From an uncultured Acidobacteriota bacterium (GTDB lineage Bacteria > Acidobacteriota > Vicinamibacteria > Fen-336), in contig OY970399.1 in the NCBI GenBank assembly GCA_963720545.1, forward strand, positions 2,304,001-2,368,000: 64,000 bases of DNA, read 5' to 3'. A model generated the notes under the pieces. That model had not been told where the DNA came from. It ran no database searches and saw only the letters and a program-made list of their open reading frames with translations. The position numbers were made by a program, and so were the translations under genes. Shown one piece after another: positions 43,613 to 51,078 of the stretch (its first letter is position 1; every line of letters begins with the position of its first letter).

Positions 43613-43774
43613 CTAGCTGCCCTGAGCCGAGTTGATGAGGGTGCCGCCGCGGTTGCAGACGTTCGCGGACACCATGTTTCGCTTGCAGCCCGTCACGGCC
43701 AGCTCATCGGCAACAAGGTTCACTTTGCGAATCCGGGGTGTCTCGTAAGTGGCCTTCGCCTGCTTCGTCTTCAT
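43613..43774 (-). CDS. RiPP precursor peptide, 53 aa (not in ORF track)
   Basis: Hand translation: MKTKQAKATYETPRIRKVNLVADELAVTGCKRNMVSANVCNRGGTLINSAQGS*. SD AGAGGAG lies 3 nt before the ATG; the stop is 25 nt upstream of the rSAM start. Confidence 0.85.
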   Translation of the reverse strand: MKTKQAKATYETPRIRKVNLVADELAVTGCKRNMVSANVCNRGGTLINSAQGS

Positions 43775-43804
43775 TGACTCCTCTTCCGGCTCGACGGCTC
43801 GGGT

Positions 43805-43872
43805 AGCCTAAGCCCTACCTCGCGCGGGTGTAAAGCCGCGCGTTGACACTGTGCTCTGCCTCACGCTACCCT
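43805..43872. promoter_or_regulatory. Back-to-back promoters for the precursor (minus) and fur (plus)
   Basis: Minus strand TTTACA (43834-29) - 18 - TAGGCT (43810-05). Plus strand TTGACA (43843) - 18 - TACCCT (43867). Inverted repeat CGCGCGG-N8-CCGCGCG at 43821-43842. Confidence 0.55.
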
Positions 43873-43886
43873 CGCCATTCGAAAAA

Positions 43887-44375
43887 GTGAGCGCCCGGGG
43901 AAAGAACGAAACGGCCCGCGAAGAGCGCGAAGTCCTCACCGCGCACCTCGCGGCCAACGGCCTGAAACGCAGCGCCCAGAGAGACGCCGTGGTCGAGGTG
44001 TTCTTCCGCTCCGACAGCCACCTCTCGGTGGACGACCTGCTGAAGCTGGTGAAGCGCAAGAACCCGGCGGTGGGACGCACCACCGTCTATCGCACCTTGA
44101 AGCTGCTCACCGCCGCCGGCCTCGCGACCGAGCTGCAGCTGCGCGGCGAGACCCGCTTCGAGCGCGAATACAAGCGCCACCATCACGACCACTTCATCTG
44201 CAACGGCTGCGGCGCGATCTTCGAGTTCTCGAACGACGAGATCGAGCGCGCTCAGGACGATGCCGCGCAGGAGATCGGCTTCACCATCCAGGGCCACCGC
44301 CACCAGATCTTCGGCTTGTGCGCCGCGTGCACGGCCAAGGCGGCGGCGCCGCACGCCGCATCCCGGCCCGCCTAA
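43887..44375 (+). CDS. fur: Fur-family metalloregulator
   Basis: TVYRTLKLL, HHHDHFICNGCG, C-terminal CAAC. Confidence 0.88.
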   Translation: MSARGKNETAREEREVLTAHLAANGLKRSAQRDAVVEVFFRSDSHLSVDDLLKLVKRKNPAVGRTTVYRTLKLLTAAGLATELQLRGETRFEREYKRHHHDHFICNGCGAIFEFSNDEIERAQDDAAQEIGFTIQGHRHQIFGLCAACTAKAAAPHAASRPA

Positions 44376-44396
44376 CGTGCTGGACAGCCCGCGCGG

Positions 44397-45506
44397 GTGA
44401 GGATCGACCGCGTCGAGGTACGAGAAATCCGGCTGCCGCTGCTGCACCCGTTCGAGACCTCGTTCGGCCGCACCACCGAGAAGGTGTTCCTGCTGGTGTC
44501 GGTGTCTGCCGACGGGGTCACCGGTTACGGCGAGTGCGTCACCGATCCCGATCCCTTCTACCTGCCCGAGACGAACGGCACGGTCGCGCACATCCTGCGC
44601 GACTTCCTGGTGCCATTGGTGCTCGGCCGCGAACTGGCCGGGCCCATGGACGCGTGGCCGGCGCTGGCGCGGGTGCGCGGTCACAACATGGCGAAGGCCT
44701 GCCTCGAGATGGCGATCTGGGAATTGTGCGCCCGTCGCGACTCGCTGCCGCTCTACAAGCTGCTCGGCGGCCGCGGCGGCCGCATCGCTTCGGGCGTCTC
44801 GATCGGCCTGCAGCCGAGCGCCGCGACCCTGGTGCAAAAGGTCGCTCTCGAGGTGGCAGCCGGCTACCGCCGCATCAAGGTCAAGATCAAGCGCGGCCAG
44901 GACCTCGAGCTCGCCGCGGCGGTGCGCGCCGAGTTTCCCAAGGTGCCGCTGATGGTGGACGCCAACAGCGATTACCACCTCGGCGATGCCGCGCACCTGC
45001 AGAAGCTCGACGCCTTCGACCTGATGATGATCGAGCAGCCGCTCGCGTGGAACGACATCGGCGACCACGCCATCCTGCAGCGGCAGCTGCAGACTCCGGT
45101 GTGCCTCGACGAGTCGATCGGCGGCCCCGAGGACACGCGCCTCGCCCTGCAGCTTCGGGCATGCCGCATCATCAACATCAAGGTGGGGCGGGTCGGCGGC
45201 TTCGCGATGGCACGCCAGGTGGAAGCGGCGTGCCGCGCCGCCGCGGTGCCGGTGTGGTGCGGCGGCATGCTCGAGTCGGGCATCGGGCGCCTCGCGAACG
45301 TCCACCTGCAGACGCTGCCCGGCTTCACGCTTCCCGGCGACACCTCGGCGAGCGCGCGCTACTTCGCCGAGGACCTCGTCGATCCGCCGGTCACCGTGAG
45401 CCCGCAGGGCGAGATCGACGTTCCCGAGCGTCCCGGGATCGGCCACGAGGTGGTCTCTTCGCGGGTCGAGAAGGCGACGCAGTGGCGCGAGGAATGGCGC
45501 GCCTGA
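44397..45506 (+). CDS. menC: o-succinylbenzoate synthase / N-acylamino acid racemase (enolase superfamily)
   Basis: PFETSFG, KVKIK, VDAN, IEQP, LDES, WCGGMLESGIGR. Confidence 0.85.
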   Translation: MRIDRVEVREIRLPLLHPFETSFGRTTEKVFLLVSVSADGVTGYGECVTDPDPFYLPETNGTVAHILRDFLVPLVLGRELAGPMDAWPALARVRGHNMAKACLEMAIWELCARRDSLPLYKLLGGRGGRIASGVSIGLQPSAATLVQKVALEVAAGYRRIKVKIKRGQDLELAAAVRAEFPKVPLMVDANSDYHLGDAAHLQKLDAFDLMMIEQPLAWNDIGDHAILQRQLQTPVCLDESIGGPEDTRLALQLRACRIINIKVGRVGGFAMARQVEAACRAAAVPVWCGGMLESGIGRLANVHLQTLPGFTLPGDTSASARYFAEDLVDPPVTVSPQGEIDVPERPGIGHEVVSSRVEKATQWREEWRA

Positions 45507-46713
45507 GCGCTTCACCCACCAGGTAGAGGCTGCCCGCAACCACCACGGTTTCGCCGCTGCGCGCGAGACGCCGTGCGAGCGCCAGCGCCGATTGAGTGCC
45601 GGGCGCCGCGCGCAGGCGCTTGCCGAAGCCGAGCGCCGCGACGCGCCTGCGAATTTGCGCTGGCGTCGCGGCGCGCTTGTTGCGCGGCCGCGTCAGGATG
45701 ACGACGCGCGCCAGCGGAAAGAGCGCACGCGCGCTGGCTTCGATGTCCTTGTCGGCCATCATGCCGAAGACGAGCACCACCGGGGCGAGCGGCCGCAGGT
45801 GCGCCGCGAGCGCGCGCGCGGCGGCCGGGTTGTGGGCGCCGTCGAGGAGCAGCGGCGGCACGCCGCCGAGCTGCTGCAGGCGGCCGGGCCACTGCACGCT
45901 GGAGACGGCGGCAGCGGCGCGCGCAAGCTGCACTCCCAGCCCAGCCTGCCGCGCGGCTTCCAACACCCGCAGCGCCACCTCGAGGTTCTGCCGCTGGTGC
46001 CGGCCGGGGAGCGACGCGGCGCCCGGAAATCGCCGCCGCGTGCCGCGCGCCGCGACCAGGCGCGCACCCGCGCGCCGTGCCTCGCGCTCGACCGTGCGCA
46101 GTGCCGCGGCCGGCAGGGGACCGCGCACGGTCACCACACCGCGCCGCATCACTCCGGCCTTCTCGCGCGCGATCGCCGCGAGCGTCGTGCCGAGATACGC
46201 CTCATGGTCGCGGTCGATGCTGACGATCGCCGACACCAGCGGCGCCACCACGTTGGTCGCATCGAGCCGGCCGCCGAGGCCCACTTCGAGGACCATGGCA
46301 TCGACCCCGCGCGCGGCGAACTCGAGGAACGCGGCCGCGGTCAACACTTCGAAATGAGTCGGCTGGGCGGTGAGCCCGCCGCGCGCGACGAGCGCGTTCG
46401 CGGCCGCGCGCACCCTCTGCAGGTGCCGGCCGAGCGCCGCGCTCGAGATGTCACGGCCGTCGACGGCGATCCGTTCGTTCACCGCGACGAGGTGCGGCGA
46501 GATGTAGCGTCCGGTGCGCAGGCCCGAGGCGCGCAGCACCGCGTCGAGGTACGCCACCACCGAGCCCTTGCCGTTGGTGCCGGCGATGAGCAGCGCCGGT
46601 GCGCAGCGGTGCGGGTCGCGCAACTCGTGGAGCAGCGCGCGCATCGCGTCGAGGCCGAACTTCATGCCGAAGCGGGCGCGGCTGTCGAGGTAGCGCGAGA
46701 CCGAAAACGCCAT
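45391..46713 (-). CDS. folC: Dihydrofolate/folylpolyglutamate synthase
   Basis: AGTNGKGS, SPHL...NER, EVGLGGRLDATN, WPGR, DGAHNP, GSLYLVG. Confidence 0.92.
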   Translation of the reverse strand: MAFSVSRYLDSRARFGMKFGLDAMRALLHELRDPHRCAPALLIAGTNGKGSVVAYLDAVLRASGLRTGRYISPHLVAVNERIAVDGRDISSAALGRHLQRVRAAANALVARGGLTAQPTHFEVLTAAAFLEFAARGVDAMVLEVGLGGRLDATNVVAPLVSAIVSIDRDHEAYLGTTLAAIAREKAGVMRRGVVTVRGPLPAAALRTVEREARRAGARLVAARGTRRRFPGAASLPGRHQRQNLEVALRVLEAARQAGLGVQLARAAAAVSSVQWPGRLQQLGGVPPLLLDGAHNPAAARALAAHLRPLAPVVLVFGMMADKDIEASARALFPLARVVILTRPRNKRAATPAQIRRRVAALGFGKRLRAAPGTQSALALARRLARSGETVVVAGSLYLVGEALRRAIPRATASPSRPAKRPPRGRSRDARERRSRPAGSR

Positions 46714-46798
46714 GCGGGGAACCGCGATTCTCCCAGCAATTCTGAGGACTTGCTGAGGATCGCGGCGCGCGCACAGTCGTAATATCGGCCCAACAACC

Positions 46799-48640
46799 AT
46801 GCCGATGCCGATGAGGCCGACCGCCTGGCTGGCGCTTTTGTCGCTGGTGCTCGCGCCGCCTGCGCTCGCCGACGAAAAACCGGGCGCGCAGAAGAAGGAG
46901 CAGACGCCGGTCGGCACCTGGACCGTGGAACAGCAGCAGGCGCCGCCCAAGGAGGGCAGCCTCTACGAGGAAGCGCTGCGCGCGGCGCCGATCCTCTGGT
47001 TCTCCGACGACGAGCCGCTCCTCAAGGTGCGCAACGGCACCCGCCTCTTCATCCCCGGACCGCTGCCGTGCGACCCCGCGGCCGACCGCGACCGGCCGGT
47101 CGTCTACTACAAGCTCGACAACGTGCGCGTCAACCGGGCGCTCAAGCCCTACGAGCGCACCGCGGTGTACGAGGGGCGGCTGCCGCTCGACTCGATCCGC
47201 CACATGCGCATCAACTACTACTTCTATTACCCCGAGGACAAGGGCCTCGAGCCGCACATCCACGACATCGAGAGCATCAGCATCGAGCTCGACGTCGAGC
47301 GCGACAAGCAGGGACGCGCGCGCGTCGAGCGCAACCGCGTCACCGGCTGGGCGCACGGCTCGGAGCTGATGGCGAACATCCTGCAGATCAAGCCGAGCCT
47401 GCGCAGCGGCAGCGGCGCGCCCGACACCCGCTCGCCGATCACCATCCTGGTGGAGGAGGGCAAGCACGCGAGCTCGCCCGACCGCAACGGCGACGGCGTC
47501 TACACCCCGGGCGTCGACGTCAACGTGCGCGTCGCCGATGCCTGGGGCATTCGCGACGTGTTCGGCAGTGGCGTCATCGGCTCGCGCTACCAGGCGCAGA
47601 TGAGCAAGAACCGCCTGACGCCGGTGATGGCGGGCACCCTGGAGCTGACGCGCGGCCTCGACGACCTCGCGCGCCAGATGGCTGAACTACGGAAGCGCGT
47701 GGACAACGCACCTGCTCCCGCACCCTCGCCCGCGGCAGCCATCGCGGCCGCCCAGGAGGCCGCGGCGCAGGCCACGTTCGATCCCGGCCGCTACCGCATC
47801 GGCCCGAAGCTGCCAGCCGACCACAAGGTGCTGCAGACCTACGAAGAGGAGCGCCTCGTGAATGGCGGCCTCGAGTACCCGAGCGTGCAATACCAGCTGC
47901 GCGACATCACCAGGATCGGCGACGCGCCCTGCGCGACCGAGCCCGCACCGTTTCCGCGCGGCTTCAAGAAGCCGGCCGACGGCGTCGCCGACGACCACGG
48001 CCGGCTCGACTGGAAGCGCCAGGGTCACATCTTCGCGGCTGCCTGCCCCGAACCCGAGACGCCGCACGACACCACAGGCCGCGTCGACGCCGGCGAGGAC
48101 GCAATCCTCATTCCGGAGCCCGACAGCTGCGGCTACCTCAACCTGCCGGCTTCGGTTGCCGAGCTGCAGGGCCGGCCGCCGATCAACCGCAGCAAGTTCA
48201 CGTACAAGTACGGCAAGTGGTGGCCAATCCAGCCGTTTCGCAACGCCTTTCTCGGCGCGCGCTACGACCGCGGCGGCAAGGGCATCACGGCCGGCTTCTA
48301 CTCCGGCTATGGTCTGCCCAAGGTCGGCGGCTGGTTCAACGCCGGCGTCACCATGGTGCGCCGCCAGGAGCACTGGGTGATCGCGACCAACGTCTGGTTC
48401 ACGCCGTCGATCGCGACTCTCGCCACCTGGTATGCGGGCGTCGGCTACGACAACGAAAACAAGTCGCTCGCGGACACCACCGGACATTTCGCGCTCGAGG
48501 GCGGCGTCCAGGTGCGCCACAACGTCCTTGGGTTACGGATCGGCGTGCGCTCGCGCCTGTCGAGCGGCGGCCTGCGCAACTCGGGCATCGTCAGCGAGTT
48601 CGTGTTTGGCCCGACGCCGCGAGGGACGCGGGTCCATTAG
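46799..48640 (+). CDS. Secreted hypothetical protein, 613 aa
   Basis: Signal peptide ending ALA-D; host-like codon usage; C-terminal amphipathic beta-strands. Confidence 0.75.
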   Translation: MPMPMRPTAWLALLSLVLAPPALADEKPGAQKKEQTPVGTWTVEQQQAPPKEGSLYEEALRAAPILWFSDDEPLLKVRNGTRLFIPGPLPCDPAADRDRPVVYYKLDNVRVNRALKPYERTAVYEGRLPLDSIRHMRINYYFYYPEDKGLEPHIHDIESISIELDVERDKQGRARVERNRVTGWAHGSELMANILQIKPSLRSGSGAPDTRSPITILVEEGKHASSPDRNGDGVYTPGVDVNVRVADAWGIRDVFGSGVIGSRYQAQMSKNRLTPVMAGTLELTRGLDDLARQMAELRKRVDNAPAPAPSPAAAIAAAQEAAAQATFDPGRYRIGPKLPADHKVLQTYEEERLVNGGLEYPSVQYQLRDITRIGDAPCATEPAPFPRGFKKPADGVADDHGRLDWKRQGHIFAAACPEPETPHDTTGRVDAGEDAILIPEPDSCGYLNLPASVAELQGRPPINRSKFTYKYGKWWPIQPFRNAFLGARYDRGGKGITAGFYSGYGLPKVGGWFNAGVTMVRRQEHWVIATNVWFTPSIATLATWYAGVGYDNENKSLADTTGHFALEGGVQVRHNVLGLRIGVRSRLSSGGLRNSGIVSEFVFGPTPRGTRVH

Positions 48641-48645
48641 TCCGA

Positions 48646-48660
48646 GGGCGCGAAGCGCCC
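48646..48660 (+). terminator. Possible hairpin after the hypothetical gene
   Basis: GGGCGC-GAA-GCGCCC; no clear U-tract. Confidence 0.25.
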
Positions 48661-48734
48661 GAGTTCCGTTCCCGAGGTGCTGGAGGCATTTGTCGCTTGC
48701 GTCGCCCGAGGCATCGCCATCGACCGCTACCGTT

Positions 48735-48763
48735 TGTGGAAAAGTGGGAGAAAGTGTGGAAAA
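48735..48763. promoter_or_regulatory. MraZ-box-like repeats overlapping two DnaA-box consensus matches
   Basis: AAAGTG at 48741 and 48751 (10-bp period); TGTGGAAAA (reverse complement TTTTCCACA) at 48735 and 48755. Confidence 0.6.
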
Positions 48764-48776
48764 CTTGTAGCTCGCT

Positions 48777-49202
48777 GTGTTCAAAGGCACTTACCGCTAC
48801 AAGATCGACCCGAAAGGACGCCTTCCGGTGCCGCCGGCGTTTCGCCGCGCGCTCGCCCGGCAGGGCCAGTCGCTGGTGGTGACGCCGCTCGATTCCTGCC
48901 TCGCCGTCTACACCGAAACCGAGTGGGAAAGGCTGCGCCAGCAGCTCGAGAGCCTGCCGGCCTTTTCTCGCCAGGCGCTCACGCTCACCCGGCTGGTGGC
49001 GAGCCGTGCGGTCGATGCGGCACTCGACGTCCAGGGCCGCCTGCTGTTGCCGGCGCCGCTGCGCTCCGCCGCGCATCTCACCCGCGACGCGGTCGTCGTC
49101 GGGGTCTTGAGCCGGTTCGAGATCTGGGGCGCCGCCTCCTGGGACAGCTTCGTGAAGGACGCCGAGAAGCTCCTCGACGAAGCCGGGTTTCCGGGAGTGT
49201 GA
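48777..49202 (+). CDS. mraZ: MraZ transcriptional regulator (copy 1)
   Basis: MFKG.Y...IDPKGRL..P..FR; LDVQGRL; FEIW. Confidence 0.9.
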   Translation: MFKGTYRYKIDPKGRLPVPPAFRRALARQGQSLVVTPLDSCLAVYTETEWERLRQQLESLPAFSRQALTLTRLVASRAVDAALDVQGRLLLPAPLRSAAHLTRDAVVVGVLSRFEIWGAASWDSFVKDAEKLLDEAGFPGV

Positions 49203-49251
49203 TCCAGCTTTCTTCCACAGGCTAGGTCCCGTCTTTCGTTCGCTTTTCGCC

Positions 49252-49310
49252 TTGACTAAGGTTCCGACGGGCCCATAGACTCGCCGTGGCTTTTTGTGGG
49301 CGAAAGTGGG
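49252..49310 (+). promoter_or_regulatory. Promoter plus three GTGG direct repeats (MraZ operator) before mraZ copy 2
   Basis: TTGACT (49252) - 18 - TAGACT (49276); GTGG at 49286, 49296 and 49306. Confidence 0.72.
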
Positions 49311-49311
49311 C

Positions 49312-49755
49312 ATGCTTCGCGGTAATCATCCAGCTCGGGTCGACGACAAGGGACGCCTCAAGATCCCCAACGGATTTCGCTCGTTCATCACGTCCCAGCA
49401 CGGCACCGAGCTGTTCGTCACGAGCCTCAGCGGCGAGCACGTCCGCATCTATCCCATGCCGATCTGGCTCGAGATCGAGCGCAAGCTTCTGACCGTCCCG
49501 TCCACCAACCCGTCGCGGGCCCGCTTCCTCGACCGGGTGAACTTCTTCGGCCAGGCCGTTTCGCTCGACCCGCAGGGCCGGGTACTGCTGCCGCAGCTGC
49601 TGCGCGAACGCGCCGCGATGCAGGGCGACGTCTGCGTCCTCGGCCTGCAGAACCAGCTCGCCGTGTGGAACAAGGAGCGCCTCAGCGAGCGGCTCTTCAA
49701 GCAGGACCCGTTCACCGACGAGGACGCCCGCGCGCTCTCGGAGTTCGGGATCTGA
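49312..49755 (+). CDS. mraZ: MraZ transcriptional regulator (copy 2)
   Basis: MLRG....VDDKGRLKIP..FR; LDPQGRVLLP. Confidence 0.9.
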   Translation: MLRGNHPARVDDKGRLKIPNGFRSFITSQHGTELFVTSLSGEHVRIYPMPIWLEIERKLLTVPSTNPSRARFLDRVNFFGQAVSLDPQGRVLLPQLLRERAAMQGDVCVLGLQNQLAVWNKERLSERLFKQDPFTDEDARALSEFGI

Positions 49756-49756
49756 T

Positions 49757-50638
49757 GTGGCGATCGCCCACGAGAGCGTCCTGCTCGACGAAACGATGCG
49801 GTGGCTCGCGGTGAAGCCGGACGGCCGGTACTTCGACGGCACGGTTGGCCTTGGCGGCCATGCCGAAGCGATCCTGCAGCGCAGCGCGCCCGCCGGCACG
49901 CTGATCGGCATGGACCGCGACGCCGAGGCGCTGGCGCTGGCGCGGGAACGGCTCAAGCCGTTCGGCGCGCGCTGCGCGCTGCACCACGGCGACTTCCGCG
50001 CGGCCGCGCCGCTGATCGCGGCCGCGCCGCTCGACGGCGCCATCGTCGACCTCGGCACGAGCGCGCTGCAGCTGCGCGACCCGGAGCGTGGCTTCAGCTT
50101 TCGCGCCGACGCGCCGCTCGACATGCGCATGGACCGAAGCTCGGGCGAGACCGCAGCCGATGCGCTGCGCCGCCTCAGCGAGAAGGAACTCGCCGACGTC
50201 CTGCACTTCTACGGCGAGGAGCGGTACGCGCGGCGCATCGCGCGCGCGATCGTCGCGGCGCGCCGCAGCCACCCGCTGCGCACCACCACAGAACTCGCGA
50301 CGCTGGTGCGCCGCAACGCGCCGCGCTCGGCGCGTCCCGGCCACGACGCTGCCACCCGCACCTTCCAGGCGCTGCGCATCTACGTCAACGACGAGCTGCG
50401 GGCGCTCGGCGAAGCGCTGGCACAGCTGGCGCAGAGCCTCGCGTCTGGCGGCCGGCTGGTGGTGATCGCGTTCCACAGTCTCGAGGACCGCGCCGCCAAG
50501 CTCGCTTTGCGCGGCCTGCCGCGCGCCGAGTTCACGGTGCTGACGCGCAAGCCGCAGCGGCCGGGCGAGGCAGAAGTGGCGAGGAACCCGTCGGCGCGCA
50601 GCGCCTGCCTGCGCGCGGTCGAGCGAGTGGCCGCGTGA
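49757..50638 (+). CDS. rsmH: 16S rRNA m4C1402 methyltransferase
   Basis: HESVLL, DGTVGLGGHA, RGFSF, PLDMRM, FQALRI.VN.E, FHSLED. Confidence 0.95.
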   Translation: MAIAHESVLLDETMRWLAVKPDGRYFDGTVGLGGHAEAILQRSAPAGTLIGMDRDAEALALARERLKPFGARCALHHGDFRAAAPLIAAAPLDGAIVDLGTSALQLRDPERGFSFRADAPLDMRMDRSSGETAADALRRLSEKELADVLHFYGEERYARRIARAIVAARRSHPLRTTTELATLVRRNAPRSARPGHDAATRTFQALRIYVNDELRALGEALAQLAQSLASGGRLVVIAFHSLEDRAAKLALRGLPRAEFTVLTRKPQRPGEAEVARNPSARSACLRAVERVAA

Positions 50639-51078
50639 ACGCGCGCAACCGCAGCGCCCTGTTCGCCAAGGCGATCGACAACTCGCAGGTGATCCGCGAG
50701 CGCGATCCGCACGCCCACCGCCGGCTCGGCACGGTACTGCTGGTGGTCGCGCTCCTGGTCGGCGGGCTGGTGCTCTACGCCTGGCCGCACTTCGAGTCGC
50801 TGCAGACCGGGATGGCGGCGGAGCAGCTGCAACGCGAGAAGGAGCGCCTGCGCGAGGAGAACCGCAAGCTGCAGCTCGAGCGCGCGACGCTCGAGGACCT
50901 GGCGCGCGTCGAAACGATCGCCGCGCGCCGCCTTGGGCTCGAGAAGCCAAAGCCGGGACAGGTCGTGGTGGTGGAGCGACTGCCCGCCGCCGCTGCCGAC
51001 GAGCGCAGCGCGCGCCGCTCGGCGCGCGAGGACAAGAGCCGGGACCGCGATGACGACCAGCGGGAGCGCCGCCAGTGA
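50635..51078 (+). CDS. ftsL: Cell division protein FtsL
   Basis: Single TM followed by a leucine-zipper coiled coil and RVETIA..LG; lies between rsmH and ftsI. Confidence 0.82.
   Translation: MNARNRSALFAKAIDNSQVIRERDPHAHRRLGTVLLVVALLVGGLVLYAWPHFESLQTGMAAEQLQREKERLREENRKLQLERATLEDLARVETIAARRLGLEKPKPGQVVVVERLPAAAADERSARRSAREDKSRDRDDDQRERRQ

Noticed and set aside
29468..43774. Lasso peptide cluster using AsnB as the cyclase
   Set aside because: AsnB has an intact N-terminal Cys glutaminase domain and sits inside the EPS operon. There is no transglutaminase-like B2 protein, and the predicted core lacks the Asp/Glu acceptor at positions 7-9.
43775..43886. Classical Fur box
   Set aside because: No GATAATGATAATCATTATC-like sequence is visible; only a GC-rich inverted repeat.
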